From a virus (taxonomy: Duplodnaviria > Caudoviricetes), in IMG/VR virus record IMGVR_UViG_3300025608_000013, positions 27,984-91,983 of that record: a stretch of DNA of 64,000 nt, one strand, 5' to 3'. The translations under genes and the position numbers were made by a program. Below are positions 46,312 through 56,800 of the stretch, piece after piece. A model generated the notes under the pieces. That model did not search any database, was not told where the DNA came from, and saw nothing but the letters and a program-made list of their open reading frames with translations. Position 1 is the stretch's first letter, and every line of letters begins with the position of its first letter.

Positions 46312-49143
46312 ATGGCAATAGATAGAAGATCAGCTGGAGCAAATAACACACTTCCAAATTCAGGATCAGGACCGTTTTTAGCAAAAGTAGTTGATCATTT
46401 AGATGCAAGATATTCTGGAGACCTGCGAGTACAACTATTAACAAATGTTACTAGTGCAAATGACGACGGTTCGGAAGGACAGATTATTAATGCAAGGTAT
46501 CTTATGCCGTTTTACGGTGTAACACCGATTGCATCTAGTTCGCAAAATAACGATTATAGAAGTTCACAGCAAAGCTACGGTATGTGGATGGTACCGCCTG
46601 ATCCAGGAACACGAGTACTTGTAATTTTAGTCGAAGGCCAAATTAACCAAGCTTATTGGATAGGTTGTGTACAAGACGAATATATGAATTTTATGGTACC
46701 TGGAAGTACTCCTGCTACAGCTAATATTGCAGATGGTTCTGCTAGTGGAGAATTGCAAGGTAAAAAACTTCCGGCAGTTGAATTTAATAAAAACTTCCAA
46801 TTTCAAGGGACTCAACCTAATAACTATGCAAAACCTGCAAATGCAGAATTTGTTAACACCCTTATCGAACAAGGACTATTAGAAGACGAAGTAAGAGGTA
46901 TAACTTCTACTAGTGCTAGACGAGAAACGCCGAGCACAGTTTTTGGTATTAACACCCCTGGACCACTAGACAGACGTCCAGGTGCTCCGAGAGGAAATTA
47001 CGGATCAAATACTAGTGGTGTAAATTATCCTAGATCAAGACTAGGTGGTTCTAGTTTTGTAATGGATGACGGCGACGAACGTTTACAAAGAAAAGGATCT
47101 CCTAAAGATAGCCCTCAAGAATATGCAAACGTAGAAGCTGGCGAATCCGGCGGCGATCCTAGCATTCCTCACAATGAACTAGTGCGTGTTAGAACACGTA
47201 CAGGACACCAAATACTGCTACACAATTCAGAAGATTTAATTTACATTTCTAACAGCAGAGGAACGTCTTGGATAGAAATGTCTAGTAACGGTAAGATTGA
47301 CATTTATGCACAAGATAGTGTAAGTGTTAGGACACAACAAGATTTAAATTTTACTGCTGATAGAGATATTAACCTAACAGCAGGAGAAGATATTAACATT
47401 GTTGGCAAAAAAGTTAAAACACTTAGTCTTGAAGGAACGCACATACAAGCAGGCACAGTTTTAAATACTAACAGCGGCAAAAGCACTTCTATTAACTCTC
47501 ACGAAGATGTAGTTATATATGCTTCAAGCAATGGTAGTATTGTTGCAGCACAACAACAAAGTGTAATAAGTGGAGAAAATCTTGCTCTTGGATCACCTAC
47601 CGGTGTTGGTATTGAAGGACACGGATATGTTAAAATTACATCAGACGGAGATATTACTAGCAAAAGTTTAGGAACTACTAAAATTACAGCCGAAGCAGAA
47701 ATACATTTACATAGTGATCTTGCTTTTAAAATAAACTCGGGAAATGTATTTGGCCTAACAGCAGAAGGAAGTATACTTGCTAAATCAAATGCAACCATTG
47801 GGTTAAAGTCGGCGTCTGATACTATAATTAAATCAGATACAAAAGTTGATATCCAAAATACTACGCCACCCGAGCCTCCTACGCCAAGTCTTGCTGGAAT
47901 ACCACCTCAGCCAGTTGTATTACAAAGCGGTCCTCCAGACCCTGCACTTGTTACAACAAGACGTCCTGAGCACGAACCTTGGTTCCAACACGAAAATATT
48001 AATCCAGAAGAATTTACTCCAGATAAAACTCGTGCTGGTAATCAAAACCCAGAACAATATCCACCGAGTACACCAGATACATTTACTCGAGGTCCAGGCG
48101 GCACAGTGTCACAACCTGGTGCAGGTCCTAACAGCTATAATAGTGGTGGCGGAGTACAAGGTAGTCGAGGATTTACTCCAATTGACGGCGTAGATATTCC
48201 ACAAGATCCTGAACCGATAAGAATTGAAAAACAAGAAATATCTAGAGTCTTCGCCGCCGCACTATTTGCTGAAGGATTTAATGAAGAAGAAGTGTATGCT
48301 GCTATTGCATGCGCTGAAACAGAATCAAACTTACAACTAATAAAAGAAGCTAGTTATGCAGGAACTGCTAATGATCGTATTAGAAGTATTTTCCGTGGCG
48401 CACGTCGAGTAACTGATGCAGAACTCACACAAATTAAACAAGATTATGATAACTTTTATGAATTAGTTTACGGTCCTGGTAGTGCTAAAGGTGTTGAGCT
48501 AGGGAATCTAGCTCCGGGCGATGGCGCAAAGTTTGTTGGTCGAGGACTGATACAGTTAACAGGTAAAGGAAATCATCAACGTTACGGAAGATTGGCATCG
48601 CAACAGTTGCCTAGATTAATTAATCCAGGTCTCGAATCTGATTATAATCCGTTTGGAGTTACAATTGTTAACGATCCAACTCCGCTTCTTTCAGATGTTG
48701 AGCTTAGTGTTGCAGTTACAGCAGCATATTTAAAAGAACGTTATAGAGATTTTGGTTATGATACACTAGGAAATATGCGTATGGCAATTGCCGGATCAGA
48801 CAGAGGCTACGAACTAGGTCGTCCTAAAGATTTAGGTTTCTTAGAAAATAAACTTTTAGCAGATGGCACTTATGATCCGGCATGGATTACAGATGTTAAT
48901 CAAGAACGCTACTTTGTGTCCACAGTAGATAGTATTACAACCTACAGAGCATCAGTAGATTTAGAATCAGATGTAGCAAGTGGTGCTGGACCGTTTGCTC
49001 CGGCAACGCCAGGTACATCGATTACTATTAGAGACAACGAAGCCGGCGGACAATTGTACGAATATATTGCAGACGACGGTGTTACATGGCGCAGAAATGC
49101 AAGTATTGATAATGATTTAAATGGCATTGTGAGGACATCATAA
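46312..49143 (+). CDS. gp5: Baseplate spike gp5-like protein with GH19 lysozyme/chitinase domain
   Basis: OB-fold (AKVVDHLD...G.L.V...VPP.PG..V.V), RTRTGH, beta-repeat region, GDGAKFVGRGLIQLTGKGN GH19 motif. Confidence 0.8.
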   Translation: MAIDRRSAGANNTLPNSGSGPFLAKVVDHLDARYSGDLRVQLLTNVTSANDDGSEGQIINARYLMPFYGVTPIASSSQNNDYRSSQQSYGMWMVPPDPGTRVLVILVEGQINQAYWIGCVQDEYMNFMVPGSTPATANIADGSASGELQGKKLPAVEFNKNFQFQGTQPNNYAKPANAEFVNTLIEQGLLEDEVRGITSTSARRETPSTVFGINTPGPLDRRPGAPRGNYGSNTSGVNYPRSRLGGSSFVMDDGDERLQRKGSPKDSPQEYANVEAGESGGDPSIPHNELVRVRTRTGHQILLHNSEDLIYISNSRGTSWIEMSSNGKIDIYAQDSVSVRTQQDLNFTADRDINLTAGEDINIVGKKVKTLSLEGTHIQAGTVLNTNSGKSTSINSHEDVVIYASSNGSIVAAQQQSVISGENLALGSPTGVGIEGHGYVKITSDGDITSKSLGTTKITAEAEIHLHSDLAFKINSGNVFGLTAEGSILAKSNATIGLKSASDTIIKSDTKVDIQNTTPPEPPTPSLAGIPPQPVVLQSGPPDPALVTTRRPEHEPWFQHENINPEEFTPDKTRAGNQNPEQYPPSTPDTFTRGPGGTVSQPGAGPNSYNSGGGVQGSRGFTPIDGVDIPQDPEPIRIEKQEISRVFAAALFAEGFNEEEVYAAIACAETESNLQLIKEASYAGTANDRIRSIFRGARRVTDAELTQIKQDYDNFYELVYGPGSAKGVELGNLAPGDGAKFVGRGLIQLTGKGNHQRYGRLASQQLPRLINPGLESDYNPFGVTIVNDPTPLLSDVELSVAVTAAYLKERYRDFGYDTLGNMRMAIAGSDRGYELGRPKDLGFLENKLLADGTYDPAWITDVNQERYFVSTVDSITTYRASVDLESDVASGAGPFAPATPGTSITIRDNEAGGQLYEYIADDGVTWRRNASIDNDLNGIVRTS

Positions 49144-49144
49144 A

Positions 49145-49891
49145 ATGGGACAAGTAGTTATACCACCATCAACCGTAGCAAATCCTTTAGAATTTGCAGA
49201 TAACGCAGACTGGAATGCTTTATTAGAAGCAGGCAGATACAACTATCTTGATTTAGAAGGAGACTACCCTGTTGTAGGTCCAGGAGGCCGACAAGCAGGA
49301 ATTCCAGGAGAATACACACCAAATCCTAATATTACTCCTGGACCTATTCCAGAAAATCCAGGATACGAAAGACTTGACGCAATTCTCAATAATGTTCTTG
49401 CACAGGATTGGCAAGAAAGAGGCAGTCCAGGTAATCCAAGAATTTTAGAGTGCTATCAAGTTTGTAATAACAACTATACTAGAGACGGTAACGACATGGC
49501 CTATGCTTGGTGTGCTGCTTTTGTTAGCTGGGTATTACATACAGCAGGCATTCCGACCGAAAGAACAATGAGCAGTCAAGGTTTTAACAGTTGGGGAGGA
49601 GAAGTTGATTGGAGAGATACTTCTAATATTCGCAAACATGATATTGTAGTTTTTAAAAGTTTAACTCGAAGTGGCGGCCATATTGGATTTATTCAAGAAA
49701 TTACGTCAAATGGTGTTATAAAAGTTTTAGGAGGAAACCAAAGTAACGATGCAAAAATTTCTAACTACAGATTTAGAGATAACAGTCAGTATGTAAAACA
49801 TATTAAAAGAAACTGGACAGTGCCTCCAGAATTTGATGTACCAGTTGATGGTACAGCCGCAGCACAAGCAGGATCAGATACAACAACATAA
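49145..49891 (+). CDS. CHAP/NlpC-P60 peptidoglycan peptidase (TIGR02594-like)
   Basis: AWCAAFVSWVL, GHIGF, VLGGNQS. Confidence 0.85.
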   Translation: MGQVVIPPSTVANPLEFADNADWNALLEAGRYNYLDLEGDYPVVGPGGRQAGIPGEYTPNPNITPGPIPENPGYERLDAILNNVLAQDWQERGSPGNPRILECYQVCNNNYTRDGNDMAYAWCAAFVSWVLHTAGIPTERTMSSQGFNSWGGEVDWRDTSNIRKHDIVVFKSLTRSGGHIGFIQEITSNGVIKVLGGNQSNDAKISNYRFRDNSQYVKHIKRNWTVPPEFDVPVDGTAAAQAGSDTTT

Positions 49892-49928
49892 GTTTAACTA
49901 GCGTATCTAGAGACGGATAAATATTATT

Positions 49929-50372
49929 ATGAGTAGTGTAGAAAAAGACCTTTATAAAAATATCAAAGTGCAGACAGCCGCTGCACAAAAACCTCCTGTG
50001 AGCTCAAAAGCCTACAGAGGAATGTCAACAGTAAACGAAGAAAACAATAGTTTTGTGTTGTATGATATTGGTCTTATTAAACAAGATTTACTCAATCACT
50101 TTCATATCCGCCAGGGCGAGAAATTAGAAAATCCTGAGTTTGGATGTATTATTTGGGACGCCCTGTTTGAGCCACTTACTGAAACACTCAAAGAAGCTAT
50201 TGCACAAAATGTTACTACTATTGTTAACAGCGATCCTCGAGTACAGGCTGATCAAGTGTTTGTAAATTCATACGAAAGCGGCCTACAAATAGAGTGTGTG
50301 TTAACTTATCTTCCTTATAATATCTCCGAACAGCTCAAGCTACAATTTGACGAAGACAACGGCTTATTATAA
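49929..50372 (+). CDS. gp25: Baseplate wedge protein, gp25-like
   Basis: GEKLENPEFGC...LFEP...DPRV. Confidence 0.9.
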   Translation: MSSVEKDLYKNIKVQTAAAQKPPVSSKAYRGMSTVNEENNSFVLYDIGLIKQDLLNHFHIRQGEKLENPEFGCIIWDALFEPLTETLKEAIAQNVTTIVNSDPRVQADQVFVNSYESGLQIECVLTYLPYNISEQLKLQFDEDNGLL

Positions 50373-50430
50373 TACAAGATTAAGTGCGCACTTTTCTCAA
50401 TCAAATAAATAGTTTATAAGAGGAAAGCAC

Positions 50431-53400
50431 ATGTCAGCAACAGATAGACAAAACAGATTATTAATTGCAGAAGACTGGAAAAAAGTTTATCAGTCGTTCC
50501 GCAATGCAGATTTCCAGAGCTACGATTTTGATAATCTTCGTCGCTCTATGATCACATACCTAAGACAAAATTATCCAGAAGACTTTAATGATTATATTGA
50601 GTCAAGCGAATATCTAGCACTGATTGACCTTATTGCTTTCCTAGGTCAAAATATTGCTTTCCGTGTTGACCTTAATGCTAGAGAAAACTTTCTTGAACTT
50701 GCTGACAGAAGAGAAAGTGTACTACGTCTAGCACGTACTCTTGCGTATAATCCTAAACGTAATAGAGCTGCAAATGGTTTTCTTAAAATTGAAAGTGTGC
50801 GTACGACAGAATCACTAGTTGACTCAAACGGCATTAACTTAGCCGGACAAAATATTATTTGGAACGATCCAAGCAACTCAAACTGGTATGAACAATTTAA
50901 TAAAATTCTTAATGCTGCACTTCCTGCTAATGGTATTATTGGTAAACCAAACAAGTCTGAATCTATTAACGGTGTACTAACACAACAGTATCGTTTTAAT
51001 GCAACTAATAGAAACATTCCGAAATATAGTTTTAGTAAATCTGTTAATGGATTAAACACACAGTTTGAAGTTGTAAGCAGCACAATTAAAGATTCTAACA
51101 TTGTAGAAGAACCTCCACTACCTGGTAACAGTATGGCATTTCTCTACAGAGAAGATGGCCGCGGGAACGGTAGTGCTAACACAGGTTACTTTATGCATTT
51201 TCGCCAAGGATCAATACAAACTGGAGAGTTTAGTGTTAGTTCTCCCAGCGCAAATCAAGTAATTAATATTGATGCTACAAATATTAATAACGATGATATT
51301 TTCTTGTACAGTTTAAATAGTTTAGGTATTGAAAGTAATTTATGGTCAAGAGTTGACAGTGCTGTTGGCAACAACGTAATTTATAACTCAATTGAAAAGA
51401 ATCTGAGAAATATTTATGCTGTACAAACTAGAGTAGATGATAGAATTAACCTACTGTTTAGTGACGGCATTTTTGGCAACTTACCTCGTGGTAGTTTCCG
51501 TATCTACTATCGCACAAGTGCAAACAGACAGTTTGTAATTCGCGCAGGCGACATTAGTAATGTAACAATGTCTATTGATTATGTTGCAAGAAACGGAAGC
51601 ATACAAACTGTTACAGTTGCACTAGCACTTAAAGAAACTGTTTCTAATGCAAGCATTAGCGAAACTACGGCAAGTATCAAACGTAATGCTCCGCAAACTT
51701 ATTATTCGCAAAACAGAATGATCACAGGTGAAGACTATCAAGTTATTCCGCTCGGCATAAGTCAAGAAATTATTAAAGTAAAAAGCACAAATCGTACCAG
51801 CAGTGGTATTAGCAGATATTTTGATCTTAAAGATCCTACTAGCAAGTATTCTAGCACTAATTTGTTTGCCAAAGACGGCGTACTTTACAAAGAGTATGTA
51901 AGCAATAAAAATAGCTTTACATTTAACAATCAAACAGATATCGAAGGTCAAATTGCTAACTTAATTGAACCATTACTGGCAACTAGAAATATCAACAATT
52001 TCTATCATGCAAACTATGCACGTATTATTGTTAATGATTTAAATGCAACTTACGATCAAACTACTACAGCATCTAATAGCTCTACAGGATTTTTAACCAA
52101 CGGAACAGACCGTTTTCGGTTAGGTGAATTTACAGGCGGCGCCTTGCGCTATGTTGAGTCAGGTGCGCTACTTAAATTTGTTGCACCAACGGGCACATAC
52201 TTTGACACAACTGACAATTATGCTATTAGAGTCGGAACAGGAATAGGCGTTCCTGGAGCAGCGTATTATAAATGGGTACGGGTATTAAGTGTATTTGATA
52301 GTGGTGTAGAACTAACAGCTGATGAAGCAGGTGCAATTGCACTGAATGAAACTATTCCTACAGGTGCAGTACTAGACGAAGTAAGGCCAAAGTATACAAG
52401 ACTCCTTCCTGCAGATGTTAAAACACAAATGATTGATCAAATTTTTGCATACAAAACATTTGGTTTGCGCTACGATCAAAATGTTAGACAATGGCGTGTT
52501 ATCTTAAAAGAAAACTTAAACATTACCGGCGAGTTTAGTAACGGTAAAGCAGGTGATACAACGCGAGCTAACCTAGATGCAAGTTGGTTGCTACTGTTTG
52601 AAACTAACGGTGAAAAATATACAATTACTACTAGAGGTCTTCGTTATGTATTTGAGAGTGACGAAGAAATTAATTTTTACTTTGATGCAAAACAAAAAAT
52701 ATACGACAACAAAACAGGTCAGTTAATCAAAGATAAAGTTGACGTTCTAAATATTAACACACAACCTGACAGTACACAAGCATTTAATACAGATTTTATT
52801 TGGGAAATTGTTTCAGAGTTTACAGACGTTGACGGATACATTAATAGTAAAAAAGTTGAAGTTGGATTTTATGATCGAAACGACGACGGTATTATTGATG
52901 ATCCAGATATTTTTGAAGAACTAGTTGACGAAGAAACTAATCCACAAGATAAATTAGTATTCTTACAAAAAGTAAGTTCGGGACAAGATTCTGAGATTTA
53001 TGTTTATTACGGCGAATCTGCTTCTACTATTAGAACAGTAAACACTGAAGCAGATATTGGTTCGTTTACACAATACGATAATGGACAGATTTTCTATATT
53101 AGAGATGCAGACGTATTTAAAACACTACAAACAAATATTCTAGTACTAACAGCAGACTACAAAGCGTTTGTCGGAAGAGACAAAATTAAATTTCAATACA
53201 TACACAGTGCTGACGAAAACAACAGAATTGATCCAGGTGCATCAAATATCATTGATACTTACATTCTAACAAGACAATATGATGCAGACTTTAGAAAGTA
53301 TCTTGCAAATTCTACATCAACTGAACCGTTACCGCCAAGTTCGGATCAGTTGTTTTTAAATTACGGTCAAGAAATTAATCAATACAAAGCTACTAGTGAT

Positions 53401-53859
53401 GAAATAATTTATCATCCAGTAAAATATAAAGTGTTATTCGGAAGCAAAGCAGAAGAAAAACTTCAAGCAGTATTTAAAGTAGTTAAAAATCCAGAACAAG
53501 TTGTAAATGACAATGATATAAAATCAAGAATTGTTGCAGCAATGAATCAATTTTTTGCACTTGACAACTGGACATTTGGAGAGTCGTTTAACTTTACAGA
53601 ACTAGCTACGTATGTAATGAACAGTGTTGCTCCAGACATAACTAACTTTATAATCGTGCCTGTTCAGGAAGATCAAACATTTGGTAGTATGTACGAAATT
53701 AAATCAGAAGAAAACGAAATTTTTATTAGTGATGCAACTGTTGACAATATTGAAATAATTGATAGTATAACAGCTTCAAGAATCAATGCAGGCGAAGGAG
53801 CATTTGTTAGTTCTACAGGAACCGTTAATACAGGTATTCAGAGCGGAGGAAGTAATTAA
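50431..53859 (+). CDS. gp6: Baseplate wedge protein, gp6-like
   Basis: DFDNLR..MI.YL, ENFLELA.RRESV..LA..L.YNP, FSDGIFG..P, SQNRMITGEDY. Confidence 0.88.
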   Translation: MSATDRQNRLLIAEDWKKVYQSFRNADFQSYDFDNLRRSMITYLRQNYPEDFNDYIESSEYLALIDLIAFLGQNIAFRVDLNARENFLELADRRESVLRLARTLAYNPKRNRAANGFLKIESVRTTESLVDSNGINLAGQNIIWNDPSNSNWYEQFNKILNAALPANGIIGKPNKSESINGVLTQQYRFNATNRNIPKYSFSKSVNGLNTQFEVVSSTIKDSNIVEEPPLPGNSMAFLYREDGRGNGSANTGYFMHFRQGSIQTGEFSVSSPSANQVINIDATNINNDDIFLYSLNSLGIESNLWSRVDSAVGNNVIYNSIEKNLRNIYAVQTRVDDRINLLFSDGIFGNLPRGSFRIYYRTSANRQFVIRAGDISNVTMSIDYVARNGSIQTVTVALALKETVSNASISETTASIKRNAPQTYYSQNRMITGEDYQVIPLGISQEIIKVKSTNRTSSGISRYFDLKDPTSKYSSTNLFAKDGVLYKEYVSNKNSFTFNNQTDIEGQIANLIEPLLATRNINNFYHANYARIIVNDLNATYDQTTTASNSSTGFLTNGTDRFRLGEFTGGALRYVESGALLKFVAPTGTYFDTTDNYAIRVGTGIGVPGAAYYKWVRVLSVFDSGVELTADEAGAIALNETIPTGAVLDEVRPKYTRLLPADVKTQMIDQIFAYKTFGLRYDQNVRQWRVILKENLNITGEFSNGKAGDTTRANLDASWLLLFETNGEKYTITTRGLRYVFESDEEINFYFDAKQKIYDNKTGQLIKDKVDVLNINTQPDSTQAFNTDFIWEIVSEFTDVDGYINSKKVEVGFYDRNDDGIIDDPDIFEELVDEETNPQDKLVFLQKVSSGQDSEIYVYYGESASTIRTVNTEADIGSFTQYDNGQIFYIRDADVFKTLQTNILVLTADYKAFVGRDKIKFQYIHSADENNRIDPGASNIIDTYILTRQYDADFRKYLANSTSTEPLPPSSDQLFLNYGQEINQYKATSDEIIYHPVKYKVLFGSKAEEKLQAVFKVVKNPEQVVNDNDIKSRIVAAMNQFFALDNWTFGESFNFTELATYVMNSVAPDITNFIIVPVQEDQTFGSMYEIKSEENEIFISDATVDNIEIIDSITASRINAGEGAFVSSTGTVNTGIQSGGSN

Positions 53860-53861
53860 AC

Positions 53862-56800
53862 ATGAGCCAAGATGAAAACAATATCCCACTTGGTAAGGAT
53901 GCAAATAAGAATAGAAAAAGTTCTCAGTTTCTACCTAAGTATTTTAGAACAGTAGCTAACGAGAAATTTTTATCCTCTACTTTAGATCAACTAATCAATC
54001 CAGGCGTAGTTGAAAAGATTGATGGATACTTTGGACGTAAAGATTCTAAAGCATTTAAAAATTTAGACAACTATATTACTGATGTAAGTGCAGAAAGAGA
54101 AAACTATCAGTTCGAACCTGCTGTGGTACACAGAGATGCAATCGGCAACGTTGATGTTTATTCTGACTACATTGATTTTATTAACGGTGTAAAGATTAGA
54201 AACGGAAATGTTGCTGATCACAGTTTGCTTAACACTCAAGAATACTATGCTTGGGAACCACACATTGACTGGGATAAGTTTGTTAACTTCCGTGAATACT
54301 ACTGGATGCCAAACGGTCCTGATAGTATTGCTGTAATAGGCGAGCTTCGTGACATTGAATCTGAGTTTAGAGTACGTCCTGTTGACAATGTAGATAACGT
54401 TGCTTACGGTTTTAGAGAAGAAAATACAGTAGTCAACGAAACACTTACACTGTACAGAGGACAGAAGTATGTGTTTGACATTGATACGCCTGATATGCCA
54501 TTCAGTATTAGATTTAACACAGTATTACAAGATGATACATTGTATTCAGTTGGCCTGTCGGCTAACTCAGTTGATCAAGGAACAATTAAATTTGAAGTTC
54601 CTCTAACTGCACCGGACAGACTGTTTTATACTAACGACAACGATGAAAGAATTCACGGTTTAATTATTATTCGTGATGCAGAAGAAAATTCTTCTATTGA
54701 TGTAGACAGAGAAATTTTAGGAAAATCATCTTATACTATGACAAACGGATATGCTTTGTCAAACGGTATGAAGGTAGAATTTCGTGGTGATGTTACACCT
54801 GAAAAATATGCACAAGGTGCATGGTATGTTGAAGGCGTCGGCACGTCAATTAAACTAATTTCAGAAACTGATCTAGAAATTACCGGTGATTACATTGGCG
54901 ACGAAGAAATTGAATTTGATGCAAATCCGTTTGATAAACTTCCTTTTGATGATGCTAAAGGATACTCAGACGTTAAAGATTATATTGTAATCAATAGAGC
55001 TGCACCTGACAGCAATTACTGGTCTCGTTACAATCAATGGACGCACCGTAGTGTAATTGAAACGTCGGCACTGGTCAACGGAACGCCTGCAGATATTGAT
55101 CAAAACTATCGTGCAACAAGACCTATTATTGAATATCGTGCAGGTCTTAAACTATTTAACTTTGGTACAAGCGCAAAGCAAGCAGTAGACTTAATTGATT
55201 TAAAAACTAAAGATGTATTTTCTACTGTAGAAGGAAGTATTGGTTACAACGTAGACGGTGTTGATTTAGTGCAAGGAATGCGTGTGCTATTTGCAGCAGA
55301 CGAAGACATTCTAGTTAACGGTAGAATTTTTGAAGTTAAGTTTATTAATCATAGCGGACCTGCAACAGCAACACAAGAAACACAGATTGCACTAGTAGAA
55401 GTTGACGATACACAGCCACAAACAAACGAAACTGTTTTTGTAAAAGACGGTAGTACATATGGCGGCAAGATCTTTTACTACAACGGAACACAGTGGGCAG
55501 TTGCACAAGAAAAAACAGACTTTAATCAGCATCCGCGATTTGACTTGTTTGGTGTTGCTGGAAACAGTCTAAGCGAATTAGAAAGCAGCACATTTGCAGG
55601 CACTAAACTTTTCTCTTATAGAGAAGGTACCGGTGCTGATGATACAGAATTAGGATTTCCATTATCCTACAGAAGTATTGAAAACAGTGGCGATATTATC
55701 TTTGACTTTAATATCCAAACTGATACATTTACATTCCAAAATCTAACAGACGTACTAACAGCAACAACCGATAGTGCTCTACTAAGAGTGTACAACAGCT
55801 TAACAGATTTTGAAACAGTTAGTCCATGGACCAAAGCAGGTCAGTCTGTACAAAAAGTTACACGTCAGTATAACACAGTAGAAATTAGAAATAATTTTCC
55901 TGTTGATGTTTATGAAAACAGCGGCGACTTAAACGATTTAAAAATTGAAGTATATCTAAACAACAACAAACTACTAGAAAATACCGACTACGAAGTTAAT
56001 AGAATAAATCAAAAATCACTTGTTAGATTTGAAAACAACTTAACAACTGATGATAAAATTGTTATCAAAACACAAAGTAGTGCTGCTAAAACTGAAAAGG
56101 GGTTTTATGAGTTTCCTGTAAATCTACAGAATAATCCACAAAACGAAAATGTTACTGATTTTACACTTGGACAAGTAATTGACCATGTAAACAGCATTGT
56201 TGAAAACTTAGAAGATTACGCAGGTAAATATCCAGGTGTTAGCAATCTACGTGACCTAGGCGATATTTCACCTTACGGTACTCGTTTTGTACAGCACAGT
56301 GGATCTATTAATCTTCCAATCTTGCACTTTACACAAAAAGAATTTGACGTTGTTAAAGCAGTAAGACATGCTAAAACAGAATATTCTAAGTTTAAAAGAG
56401 CATTTTTACAAACTGCTGACGGATCAGGCTTCGATGGTACTACTAAACAATTTGTAGACAAAGTATTACTTGAGCTAACTAGTCCTAAAACTGAAAAGGA
56501 TCCGTTTTACTTTTCAGACATGGTTCCGTTTGGTGGCTTTGAAAAGTTTACATATGAAGTGTTTGACACCGACAACAATTTCTTTCCAATCAGCTCACAG
56601 TTTGATCTAACACAGCTTACAGAACGTGCATTTTTAGTATACCTAAACGGGCGTCAGCTAACACATGCTAGAGATTATGTGTTTAATGAAAACAGCTTCA
56701 TTGAAATTCTTGCATATTCTGAGCCTGGCGACACTGTAGAAGTCTTTGAGTACGAATCAACAGACGGATGCTGGATTCCGCCAACACCTACAAAACTAGG

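Noticed and set aside
49893-49910. Fourth copy of the palindromic operator before gp25 (TTAACTAGCGTATCTAG)
   Set aside because: Imperfect core and different spacing to TAAATA (15 rather than 18 nt), so it was not counted.
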